Position numbers and translations under genes: made by a program
Assembly (NCBI GenBank): GCA_028284905.1
Contig: JANQQU010000077.1
Location: 22,140 to 86,139, forward strand
Source of the DNA: Calditrichia bacterium
GTDB taxonomy: Bacteria; Calditrichota; Calditrichia; RBG-13-44-9; J075
Length of the DNA stretch: 64,000 nucleotides
Direction of reading: 5' to 3'
Notes under the pieces: model-generated
What the model was told of the DNA's origin: nothing
The model's database searches: none
Seen by the model: only the letters and a program-made list of their open reading frames with translations
Part shown: one piece after another, positions 41,101 to 49,269 of the stretch
Layout: every line of letters starts with the position of its first letter
Numbering within the stretch: position 1 is the stretch's first letter

Positions 41101-41520
41101 GAGAAAACCACCGAAGCGGCGCCGGAAGGCGGCCTGCTTTATGGCAAGGGAGAGCTGATTCTCGTCGTGGATGACGAAACCTCTATTCTGGAAATTACCC
41201 GGGAAACCCTGGAGACCTATGGCTATAGCGTCATCGTCGCAAATAACGGCGCCGAGGCAATGGAAATTTATGAAGAACATCAGGATGCCATCGAAGTGGT
41301 AATTACCGACATGATGATGCCGGTGATGGACGGGGCAGCGACTGTGAAAGCTATGCGGGAGTTGGATCCGGAGGCAAAAATCATTGCTTCCAGCGGCTAC
41401 ATGGAAGATACCAAGATTGCCGAACTGGTTGGCAATAGTGTGAATGCTTTTTTACATAAGCCATACACTGCGGAAAAGATTCTCGATGTGCTACACCAGA
41501 TTTTACATAATCGACTGTAG
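38158..41520 (+). CDS. Cytoplasmic multi-PAS hybrid histidine kinase (5 PAS, HisKA, HATPase, REC)
   Basis: Repeated PAS ends DI(T/S/K).RK; two LE.RVEERTAEL coiled linkers; LAGGIAHDLNNVL; VVDDE..TDMMMPVMDG. Confidence 0.94.
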   Translation: MNDSKKRKSTLVEMVKTITKSTNRSKDNQIDIRHLEKELQKSAEQFKALFNYSNDGIFMLNPRKRVFTDVNDRACSMLGYERKDLLELDPGDIFSGQGEKFDKFLSVVFDQGYGWTDELTCATRYGAALPTEITAWPIERDNSKQLLMFVHDITKRMRTEEALRESEQKFRMLIENMQEGVMIVDNDDRIQFVNSRICKLLGFSEEELVGQIGYKKLFNEKNRKIIRKKNRLRTKKIADQYEIEMCKKNGEPNWVQISGVPISDQNGTVSGSFGIIADISTRKQAEADLKSAHEELEKRVEERTAELLKSNETLQKEINERRVIEEERQKFVSLVEKSNDVITMASPDGKLIYVNEYGMSILGLKNQDEVRSKMLKECHPESVHGFLQKELLPQVLKKGLWEGELPLQNFRTREHTPTLLNAMAIRHTNTGEIIALATIARDIKERKRAEEDLQRAKGDLETRVEERTAELSQANQVLMEQIIERQWAEEQLQESENKFRLLFNSGNDAVFVYHPQNDGEPTQFIEVNDILCNKLGYAREELLRLSLRSISLGYDETENRTRLEKLMLDRHILYEDMFLTKTGGIIPVEISAHLFEFNEKPTVMAIARDITARKRAEEQIREQAALLDKAQDAILVCDLNDYVIYWNKSAERLYGWKTEEAIGNNAFELLFNRNSTQFIASRRSVLENKEWQGELHQVTKEGREIMVESRWTLVHDKHGEAKSILVVNTDITEKKKIEAQFLRAQRMESIGALAGGIAHDLNNVLAPILTAVQILQVRLEDEDKSQRILNTIESNVKRGADMVKQILTFARGVEGERIPLQIQHLVHELEKIIQETFPKSIKIDMNVQQDLWPVSGDATQLHQVMLNLCVNARDAMVHGGQLNISVQNVLIDEDYARLYLEANLGHYVLIKVTDTGVGIPSSIINKIFEPFFTTKEPGKGTGLGLSTVIAIVKSHGGFVNVTSDKQEGTVFEVYLPALGEAEKTTEAAPEGGLLYGKGELILVVDDETSILEITRETLETYGYSVIVANNGAEAMEIYEEHQDAIEVVITDMMMPVMDGAATVKAMRELDPEAKIIASSGYMEDTKIAELVGNSVNAFLHKPYTAEKILDVLHQILHNRL

Positions 41521-41555
41521 AATGTTCAATTTCCAATATTCAATTTCCAATTTAA
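41521..41555. repeat. 7-bp tandem repeat (AATWTYC)n
   Basis: aatgttc aatttcc aatattc aatttcc aattt directly after stop; same family as 63582-63697. Confidence 0.75.
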
Positions 41556-41594
41556 AATCTGGGTAGTGTTAATATGTATGCTAATTTTTTTATC

Positions 41595-41682
41595 TGTCAT
41601 TGCGAGGCGCCTTTTGCCGAAGCAATCTCTATGGTGAATGCAACAAGGAGATCGCTTCGGCAAAAGGCGCCTCGCGATGACA
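41595..41682. repeat. Palindromic MITE/REP-like element (TGTCATTGCGAG family)
   Basis: TGTCATTGCGAGGCGCCTTTTGCCGAAGCAATCTC ... GAGATCGCTTCGGCAAAAGGCGCCTCGCGATGACA, near-perfect 35-bp arms. Confidence 0.9.
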
Positions 41683-41757
41683 AGAGCTAATAGCATTACT
41701 TCTTTAACAATTCCAAATTTCGAAGTTAAGCATGAGCGTTCATTTTATAGAGTATTT

Positions 41758-41788
41758 CCATTCATTCTGAGTTTGTCGAAGGGTGAAA
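41758..41788. repeat. Short CATTCTGAG..GTCGAAGG repeat
   Basis: CCATTCATTCTGAGTTTGTCGAAGGGTGAAA; related copy on the minus strand at 59673-59726. Confidence 0.65.
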
Positions 41789-41815
41789 TATCATTGAGTA
41801 AAATCGACATTTTAT

Positions 41816-41853
41816 AAAAAAGCCGCGCATGGTAAAACCTGCGCGGCTTTTTT
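41816..41853. terminator. Bidirectional intrinsic terminator
   Basis: AAAAAAGCCGCGCA-loop-TGCGCGGCTTTTTT between convergent genes. Confidence 0.88.
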
Positions 41854-41874
41854 ATTGGTAAATGTTCTTTCGCA

Positions 41875-42705
41875 TTATTGGCAGGTAATATCATCAAGAT
41901 TACCGTTCCAGCAATGCCAGTCGGTATCACCGAAATGTCGCTCATCGCGAATGTGCCCTTCCTTGGTCGTGCGATGCCATTCGATCTCCCGCAGGTTATT
42001 CTGAGTAACGCTAAAGATATCGTAATAAGCATTATAGGGCGTATCCTGGTTTATGCCGTATTCGATGTAGGTGCCATTCTCCGCGCCGCCCGGGGTGATA
42101 ACCGTATAACGCACACTGGCTGCACCATTCTCCGGATCACGGGTCCAGTCGATTTGCAGATATTCAACCGGGTCATTAGGATTATTAGAGAGGCGCCAGA
42201 AACCTTCCCGCAGAATGATATTTGATTCCCCGTAAAACCAGAGGAAATCCTGATAGCCATTTTGCTGGGATATGCGCATCTCCCACCGAATACCATTACC
42301 GATCGGCTGCGCGGTTAAATTCGCGGTATAATTTCTCCCCAGCGCCGTATAATCATAGCTCCAGAGCCAACCATTGCCATCGGGATTCGGCACGGCATCG
42401 TGGCTGAAGCTATGCAGGAAAGCAGCGACCGGCACGGCCAGATTCAAAGTAATAATTGTATTCCAGATGCCCACATTTAAGGCGGCCCAGCCCCAATTTT
42501 CCCGGGTAGTGGTAACGCCATTTTTCTGCAGGGTATTATCAAAATCAGCGAAATCAATCAGCATTGTTTCCAGCGGCGGTATTTCCGGTGCCGGCTCTTC
42601 GATGTCCGGTTCTGAACCGGTTTTATTACAGCTACTCAGCAATACAAGTAAAATGATCAGAATTAAAGCAGCTGCTTTTTGAGTGTGACGAAATAAATGT
42701 TGCAT
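41875..42705 (-). CDS. Hypothetical lipoprotein
   Basis: Lipobox LLSSC after hydrophobic stretch; GGAGG RBS; Trp-rich beta-strand body ending WHCWNGNLDDITCQ. Confidence 0.8.
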   Translation of the reverse strand: MQHLFRHTQKAAALILIILLVLLSSCNKTGSEPDIEEPAPEIPPLETMLIDFADFDNTLQKNGVTTTRENWGWAALNVGIWNTIITLNLAVPVAAFLHSFSHDAVPNPDGNGWLWSYDYTALGRNYTANLTAQPIGNGIRWEMRISQQNGYQDFLWFYGESNIILREGFWRLSNNPNDPVEYLQIDWTRDPENGAASVRYTVITPGGAENGTYIEYGINQDTPYNAYYDIFSVTQNNLREIEWHRTTKEGHIRDERHFGDTDWHCWNGNLDDITCQ

Positions 42706-42764
42706 AATACACCTCCAAAAGGATGTTGGTTTTCCATGTTTATTTTGACAACACTTAAGTTTAT

Positions 42765-42780
42765 TTCAACTATCGGGCCA
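42765..42780 (-). promoter_or_regulatory. Sigma-54-type promoter candidate for the lipoprotein gene
   Basis: Minus strand TGGCCC-GATAG-TTGAA, 60 bp upstream of ATG. Confidence 0.45.
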
Positions 42781-42966
42781 ACTTTTCAGAAGCAGTCTAA
42801 AAAGGCACCTAAACCCTTGTTTATTAAACACTATCAAAAATCAAAAAAACGTTTCAATCAATTCTTCGGGTGTGAATATTAGCAACAGGTGGGAGAAAAT
42901 GTCGACAACAACTGGCGACAAATGACGAGTGGCAGCGTCGGATGTGTGAGAACAAGAACTGTTATT

Positions 42967-43767
42967 TTAAAAGGTCATTACTTGATCCAGTCCGCGGGTT
43001 AATCCTTTTAAGCCGCCCACCTTACGGATGGCCAATAGCGTACCGGCAACATAGGGTCGGGCACTACTGCCGGCATCGTGGCGGATTGTCAGGCGCTCGT
43101 CCGGTAAGCCGAAAATAGCCTCCGCGGAGAGAATAAATCCCGGCAACCGCAAGGAATGAACCTGAGTGCCATTGATATCTGCGCCACGGCTTTCCTTTGG
43201 CCCGACGGTTTGATCAATCGGCACTTCTTTTAAGGAATCGCCTTGCTGCGATAGTCGATAGGCCAGCTCTCTGGCGGTGCCGCTCGGCGCATCTTTCTTG
43301 CCTGCACCGGCATAATCAATCACTTCCCATTGCGGCACATATTTCGCGGCAATTTCTGCAAATCTTTGCAACAATACGGCGGTAATAGCAAAATTCCCGG
43401 CAGCGAGTACGCCAACACGCTGTTTTTCCGCGGCAGCGGCGATTTCCGTAAAATCCGCCTCCGTTAATCCGGAAGTACCAATAACCACATGGCGCCCGGC
43501 GGCGATAGCTGCCAATACATTGGTTTTTGCAACGGCTGGAGCAGTATATTCCACAACCACATCAGCATCAACCGCTAGTGCTTCTTCAATAGTCACAAAA
43601 ACCGGCGTTGCCATATCAGCAACCCCCAGCACTTTCCCCAGGTTTTCTCCACCATGACTGCGGGAATATGCACTAACCAGAGAGAGATCTGCTTCTGCAT
43701 GAATTGCCAGTGCCAATTCTTTCCCGACCCAACCGGTAGCACCAAGCAGGCAAATTTTTAATGACAT
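42967..43767 (-). CDS. dapB: 4-hydroxy-tetrahydrodipicolinate reductase-like protein (atypical active-site loop)
   Basis: GATGWVG, VIGTSG, AGNFA, KKDAPSGTA, VHSLRLPG, LTIRHD. Confidence 0.8.
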   Translation of the reverse strand: MSLKICLLGATGWVGKELALAIHAEADLSLVSAYSRSHGGENLGKVLGVADMATPVFVTIEEALAVDADVVVEYTAPAVAKTNVLAAIAAGRHVVIGTSGLTEADFTEIAAAAEKQRVGVLAAGNFAITAVLLQRFAEIAAKYVPQWEVIDYAGAGKKDAPSGTARELAYRLSQQGDSLKEVPIDQTVGPKESRGADINGTQVHSLRLPGFILSAEAIFGLPDERLTIRHDAGSSARPYVAGTLLAIRKVGGLKGLTRGLDQVMTF

Positions 43768-43782
43768 AACTTTCTCCTGGCA

Positions 43783-46767
43783 TTAAGCCGGTTTAAAAAT
43801 GACGCCTTTATGTTTTTGCCCGTTCATTTTAACCACGATCGGTTTTTTAAAACGCAGGTGACGGGTATAAACCTTCTCTTCCGCGACTGGTTGACTGCGT
43901 AGCCAATCCCAATCGACCAACGCTTCTTCGGTTTCTTCATTGGCAGTAAAATAACCAACCATAAAAGAGGTAATGTTCTGGAAAAAGTGCGACCCCTGCG
44001 ATGGTGTTACCGGCATATCTTTGAACTTTCCTTCAATGATTGCGCGCGCGCCGGAGATCTGTTCCCACTTTACCGGAATGCCGAGCCAGGGGTCCATCGA
44101 GCCCCAACGCCCCACGCCGATTAACAGATAAGGACGTTTTTCATTGCTCAGCTTCATGTTAAACTCATATACTTCCCGGGCAGCTTCCCGGCTTTTCGCC
44201 CGCTCATAGGTTTCCGGGTCAACAAAAATAACATCGTAAATTTCGTCAATAACGCCATTACCGAGTACCTGATTACTTTTGCAGATCAGGGAAGATTCGT
44301 CAATTTTTTCTACATTGAGACGTTCCAACTCCCGGTTCAGCACCATCGGGCGCAGTTGCAGCACCGCAAATTCCGACGGTTCCCCTTTCTCCACGGAGAG
44401 ATTCACCGCAAATTCTATTTCCACCGGGGTGCCCATCCCTTTTCGTCCCAGTTCCAAGAGTGTGTCGGTAATCTGCGGCAAGGGAAATATCCGGTCCTTT
44501 AGCACCGGGGCAAATGTTACCACCCGTTGACCTTCCCGGGAAATCCCATTATAGATGGCGTGATTTTCGTAGGAATAAGTCGATCCGACAAAATTTAAGG
44601 TACCGTCCTGTTCAGCGGTTTCCAGCGACTCCGGCTTAAGCATCCCGGAATAACTTTCGGCAGTGTCTCCCGGTTGGGAGTTAAGATCCAGCGCGTAAAA
44701 CTCCAGCTGATTATTCTTCAGCACTTCATCGATCGAGGCAAATTGCGGGATATGATTGGGATATTTCGGACAAAATTTTACGGTGTGCCCGCCCTCTACT
44801 ACCGTCTTCCCCAGCCCAAGAGAAATGGCAATAATCCCATCCGTTGCGGTCTGTGGCGCCACCGGATAAAAGTTGTAGGAACGCGCGACACCGGCGAACT
44901 CTGGATAAAAGCGGTTATCATGACGGGAACCAACCATCTTTTGAATGATCACCGCCATCTTTTCCTCTTCCAGGCGGTAAGTAGTCATTTTGATATAATC
45001 CTTGGTGCGCTTGTAAAACGTAGAGGCATAGACACATTTGATGGTATTTAGCAGCTGCTGCAGACGAACTTCGTTATCTTCATCATTATTGGGTAGCATA
45101 AAGGTATCGTAAACACCAGCAAAAGGGTGATACTGGGAGTCTTCCAACAAACTGGAGGATCGCACCGCCAGAGGTTGATCGACCAACTCCAGAAACTGGG
45201 AAAGCTGGTAAACGACATCAACCGGAAAGCGATTGGCCTCCATAAAGCGGCGGTTTATTTCATCGTCTGATGACTCCTGCAAAGCAAAATGCCGGAGGTT
45301 ATTCTCATCCAGAAAATAATCAAACACTTCCGTACCGAGAATGACCCCGGGCGGAACATGCACCCGCACATTCTCGAACTGGGTATGCAATCCGGAATTA
45401 TTGATCAGCAAATTAACAAAGCTGAGTCCCCGCGCTTTCCCTCCCAGGGAACCGCCGCCAATACGGGCAAAGCTCTCCTGGGCATCGAAAACATCTTTCT
45501 TAAAATCGGTAATGCTACCCCGTTGGCGGATTCGCCGGTACTGCCGCAGATATTTGATGATCATATCCCGCAAACCTTCTATCGAATCAAATTCCGACAG
45601 TTTCCGCGGTCGAATTTTTTCCGCCAACCAAAACTCCGTACGCGCCTTCAGCCAACTGGAAAAATGATTGTTATCGGCATGATAGCGAATACTCTCATTG
45701 GGCATAATTTCCAACTGCTTTTCCAGGGACAACAAATTATAGGCACGGCCAACCTCTTTTCCTTCCGCGGTTCGAAAAACAAAATCACCAAAACCGAAAT
45801 TATCGATCATAAATTTCCGCAGATCATTTAGAAGTGTCGGGGAATTCTTCAGCAAAAATGATGCACCAGTGTCATAAGCGCGCTCTTCTTTTTCAGCAGA
45901 ATTAGACTGCAGCAGGATGGGAATATCATGATGTCGTTTTTTCACTGCTCTCGCAAATTCGATACCGGCATCGCCATTCTTTTGGCCATCGCGGTCAAAA
46001 TCGATATCGGAAATAATGCCCAGAATATACTTATTATATGTTTCATAATAATACCAGGCATCTTCATAAGTAGTACAGAGGAGAATTTTCGGACGGGCGC
46101 GCATGCGCAGGTAACGATCGGAAAGATTGATCCCTTCCGAAATCAAACGGCGGGACTGGTTAAATATTTCCGTATAAATCAACGGCAAATAAGAGGAATA
46201 AAAGCGCACGCTGTCTTCGATTAGGATGACCACCTGCACCCCAACGTTTTTGGTATCGTAGTCTACATTGACACTGTCTTCCAGATATTTGATAATGCCG
46301 ATGAGAATACGGAAATCCCCCTGCCAGATAAACACCCGGTGAAAAAGGGACGCGATTTCCCGGGATAGCAATTCCGAAGTTTGACGATTATCGTACGTTA
46401 ATAAAACGATGGGAATATCGAGATCAGAATTCCGCACCATTTTAGCGAATTTGGAAACTTCCATATCGTCGATATGTGGCGTGGTGATAATCAGGTCGAA
46501 GCGCTTTTCTTCCTTGGCCAGCTCCAGCGCCTCAAATCCGCTGGAAACCCGGGTTAACTCCGGCGCGTGGCTAAGATTGAGACCGCGATATTCTTCCCGG
46601 ATTAATTCATAAAGGCGGCCATCTTCTTCAAAGAGGTATAAGTCGTACAAACTGGAGACAAGCAAGATGTTACGGATTCGGAATTTCATCAGGTTTTGAA
46701 ATCCCTGGAACATTTTCCCGTAACCGGAGCTGGTCCAGAGCGAGCTGGGCATTTGAATGGAGTCCAT
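43783..46767 (-). CDS. Receiver-like domains fused to a PEP/pyruvate-binding (PPDK N-terminal, ATP-grasp) domain
   Basis: Receiver-like N-terminus; GSLGGKARGL, PLAVRSSSLLEDS..FAGVY, MAVIIQ, GLGKTVV, PVEIEFA, LQLRP, SQGSHFFQN. Confidence 0.85.
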   Translation of the reverse strand: MDSIQMPSSLWTSSGYGKMFQGFQNLMKFRIRNILLVSSLYDLYLFEEDGRLYELIREEYRGLNLSHAPELTRVSSGFEALELAKEEKRFDLIITTPHIDDMEVSKFAKMVRNSDLDIPIVLLTYDNRQTSELLSREIASLFHRVFIWQGDFRILIGIIKYLEDSVNVDYDTKNVGVQVVILIEDSVRFYSSYLPLIYTEIFNQSRRLISEGINLSDRYLRMRARPKILLCTTYEDAWYYYETYNKYILGIISDIDFDRDGQKNGDAGIEFARAVKKRHHDIPILLQSNSAEKEERAYDTGASFLLKNSPTLLNDLRKFMIDNFGFGDFVFRTAEGKEVGRAYNLLSLEKQLEIMPNESIRYHADNNHFSSWLKARTEFWLAEKIRPRKLSEFDSIEGLRDMIIKYLRQYRRIRQRGSITDFKKDVFDAQESFARIGGGSLGGKARGLSFVNLLINNSGLHTQFENVRVHVPPGVILGTEVFDYFLDENNLRHFALQESSDDEINRRFMEANRFPVDVVYQLSQFLELVDQPLAVRSSSLLEDSQYHPFAGVYDTFMLPNNDEDNEVRLQQLLNTIKCVYASTFYKRTKDYIKMTTYRLEEEKMAVIIQKMVGSRHDNRFYPEFAGVARSYNFYPVAPQTATDGIIAISLGLGKTVVEGGHTVKFCPKYPNHIPQFASIDEVLKNNQLEFYALDLNSQPGDTAESYSGMLKPESLETAEQDGTLNFVGSTYSYENHAIYNGISREGQRVVTFAPVLKDRIFPLPQITDTLLELGRKGMGTPVEIEFAVNLSVEKGEPSEFAVLQLRPMVLNRELERLNVEKIDESSLICKSNQVLGNGVIDEIYDVIFVDPETYERAKSREAAREVYEFNMKLSNEKRPYLLIGVGRWGSMDPWLGIPVKWEQISGARAIIEGKFKDMPVTPSQGSHFFQNITSFMVGYFTANEETEEALVDWDWLRSQPVAEEKVYTRHLRFKKPIVVKMNGQKHKGVIFKPA

Positions 46768-46784
46768 AGGCCTCGTCAGGTTGG

Positions 46785-46817
46785 AAGTTCAGCGTTCAGA
46801 GTTCAGCGTTCAAAGTT
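46785..46817. repeat. 7-bp tandem repeat (GTTCAGM)n
   Basis: aagttcagcgttcagagttcagcgttcaaagtt; reverse complement of the AACTCTG/AACGCTG family at 23269, 48962, 49166. Confidence 0.75.
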
Positions 46818-46925
46818 TTTCAAAATGTATGCTTTGTAGCGAACCGGCAATTCTTTTCTAAATAATAAATTTTCCGGAAAAACGCAATAACAGTTACATG
46901 CCTAAATATTAATAATCATTGGCGA

Positions 46926-47432
46926 TTATTTTCTGCCGCGGGAATAGATTCGAACGGCTTTTCCTCCGAAGGTGCTATCCCGCTCGTAGCGCATCCCAAT
47001 TTTTTCCGCCACTCGCCAGGAGGCAATATTTTCCCCTTCGATAATCGAAATCAAATATGGCAATTTTAAGCGAAAGAGTGCATAGTCCCGAACAATCGTC
47101 GCTGCTTCGGTAGCATATCCTTTTCCCCAAAAAGAAACGCCGAGACGATAGCCCAATTCCATAAATCGTTCCCCCTCAACTTTTTGGGGAACCAGACCGC
47201 AGTATCCGAGCAATTGCTGATCTTCTCGTCTTTCAACTGCCCAAATGCCGAAGTCGCAAGCCTGGTAGGTCTCCAGACATTTTTCGATAAATTCCCTTGT
47301 TTCAATCCGGGTTTTTGTGCCATTTAGGGAAAACCGCATCACTTCCGGATCTCCGAGAATTTTGGCGAACTCCTCTAGGTCGGCGTAATGGAATTGGCGA
47401 ATGAACAAACGCGTTGTTTTCGCGACAATCAT
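46926..47432 (-). CDS. GNAT N-acetyltransferase (RimJ/RimL type)
   Basis: TTRLFIRQF, DPEVMRF, ELGYRL..FWGKGYATEAA, NIASWRVAEKIGM. Confidence 0.93.
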   Translation of the reverse strand: MIVAKTTRLFIRQFHYADLEEFAKILGDPEVMRFSLNGTKTRIETREFIEKCLETYQACDFGIWAVERREDQQLLGYCGLVPQKVEGERFMELGYRLGVSFWGKGYATEAATIVRDYALFRLKLPYLISIIEGENIASWRVAEKIGMRYERDSTFGGKAVRIYSRGRK

Positions 47433-47456
47433 ATTAAATTTATCTTTTGAGGTGAA

Positions 47457-47491
47457 CAGTTGTCAGTTATCAGTTATCAGTTATCAGTTAT
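47457..47491. repeat. (TCAGTTA)n heptamer tract, left of the IS
   Basis: cagttgtcagttatcagttatcagttatcagttat; continues at 48813 after the IS. Confidence 0.9.
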
Positions 47492-48812
47492 CACTAGTGT
47501 CCGGTTGTTTTAAAAAAGTAGTCTTGTAAGTTACTAATTAACAATAGATAAAGTGTGGATTTCATTTTTTTGCATGTCTCATTATTCCTGAATTTTGTGT
47601 AATCTCCAGATAATAAGGAGAACGCACAATGAATCAGGGCAAACTGGTATTTTCTCAATTAATGGCACATTTACCCAGATACGAATTCAACCAATGTGTT
47701 CGCGCCTACCGCGGCGATTATAAGGTGCGCAAGTTTACTTGCTGGGAGCAATTTCTGGCGATGAGTTTTGCTCAATTGACTCATCGTGAGAGCCTCAGAG
47801 ATTGTGTGATCTGTCTGAGAACGATGCAAAAAAAACTGTATCGCATGGGATTCAGATCGAATATATCCCGAAGCACTTTAGCCGATGCTAATGAAAAACG
47901 TAATTGGCGAATTTATGCCGACTTTGCCCAGCGCTTGATTCCCATTGCCAGAGATTTACATCGTCACGATCCTCTACCGGTCAATCTAGATAGTGATCTA
48001 TATGCTCTGGATTCAACGATGATTAATTTATGTGTTTCTTTATTCCCCTGGGCTCCCTTTCGTAGCCACACAGCGGCTATCAAATTACACACCCTTCTGG
48101 ACCTTAAAGGCAACATCCCTGTTTTTATTCATGTTAGCGATGGACTCTACCACGATATTAACGCACTTGATCTTCTTGTGGTTCAACCTGGCGCCTATTA
48201 TGTGATGGACCGAGGCTACCTGAGCTTTAAACGACTTTATCGAATCCATTGTCATTATGCAACCTTTGTTACCAGACCCAAAGCCGACTTTGTTTTTCGC
48301 CGCCTATATTCAAGACCGGTTGATAAATCTATCGGAATACGCTGTGATCAAATCATTCGCCCGGTCTCTTTCTATCCGGCAAAGGATTATCCGGAGAAAC
48401 TCCGGCGCATCAAATTTTATGATTCAGATAAACAACGTCACCTGATTTTTTTGACCAACAATTTCAATCTATCTCCAATCGTTATTACCGAATTATATAA
48501 AAGCAGATGGCACATCGAACTCTTCTTTAAATGGATCAAACAACATCTTAGAATCAAGGCTTTCTTTGGTGTTTCAGAGAATGCTGTCAAGAGTCAAATC
48601 TGGATTGCTGTTTGCACTTATCTGCTTGTTGCTATTGTGCGGAAAAGATTGAACCTTGAGCTGACTCTCTACAATTTTCTACAAATTTTAAGCATTAGTA
48701 TTTTTGAGAAAGTTGATATTTTACAACTAGTTACGAACAATGATTTACAAAAGAACCTAACACCTGATTTTTAAATGACTGTTTTTATTGAACTTTAAAC
48801 CGGACACTAGTG
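47492..48812 (+). mobile_element. Complete IS4-family insertion sequence (1321 bp)
   Basis: Perfect 15-bp TIRs CACTAGTGTCCGGTT (47492-47506) / AACCGGACACTAGTG (48798-48812); flanking direct repeat ATCAGTTAT; lower GC than neighbours. Confidence 0.95.
47629..48774 (+). CDS. IS4-family DDE transposase (DUF4372 N-terminus)
   Basis: MNQGKLVFSQL, SRSTLADAN, ALDST, KLH, MDRGY, Y..RW.IELFFKWIKQHL (YREK motif). Confidence 0.96.
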   Translation: MNQGKLVFSQLMAHLPRYEFNQCVRAYRGDYKVRKFTCWEQFLAMSFAQLTHRESLRDCVICLRTMQKKLYRMGFRSNISRSTLADANEKRNWRIYADFAQRLIPIARDLHRHDPLPVNLDSDLYALDSTMINLCVSLFPWAPFRSHTAAIKLHTLLDLKGNIPVFIHVSDGLYHDINALDLLVVQPGAYYVMDRGYLSFKRLYRIHCHYATFVTRPKADFVFRRLYSRPVDKSIGIRCDQIIRPVSFYPAKDYPEKLRRIKFYDSDKQRHLIFLTNNFNLSPIVITELYKSRWHIELFFKWIKQHLRIKAFFGVSENAVKSQIWIAVCTYLLVAIVRKRLNLELTLYNFLQILSISIFEKVDILQLVTNNDLQKNLTPDF

Positions 48813-48853
48813 ATCAGTTATCAGTTATCAGTTTACACTGTTACTGACAGCTG
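48813..48853. repeat. (TCAGTTA)n tract right of the IS plus inverted arm
   Basis: atcagttatcagttatcagtt then tactgacagctg, complementary to cagttgtcagt at 47457. Confidence 0.8.
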
Positions 48854-49269
48854 AAAAATATTTATCGGGAGGTTTAAAAACCAGCATTTCTTCAGAAGTT
48901 TATTATTGAAAAAACAGCTATCACGCATCAATCTCCAAACGATTTTAAGAGTTCTGAGCTTTGAACTCTGAACTGACTTTACGTACTTGCCATAAAAACC
49001 ATCCGCCTGATCATGAATCAAAAGGCTAATTGTCAGCCGTCACAAGTGACGCAAGAATATGCCCGATTTATCGGACATAAGATAATGAGCCAGTGGATTC
49101 ATCCCTGGCGGGCGACGATGGCCGGAAAAGACTGCCATTTTTCACACTATCGCAAAACGTCAGTGCTGAACGCTGAACTCCGAACCAGTAACTTATGAAC
49201 TTGCTTTTATCTTGTATTCCCGTTTGATTTTTACTATCCTTGTAGACCGTGTAAAACGGTGGAAAAAGT

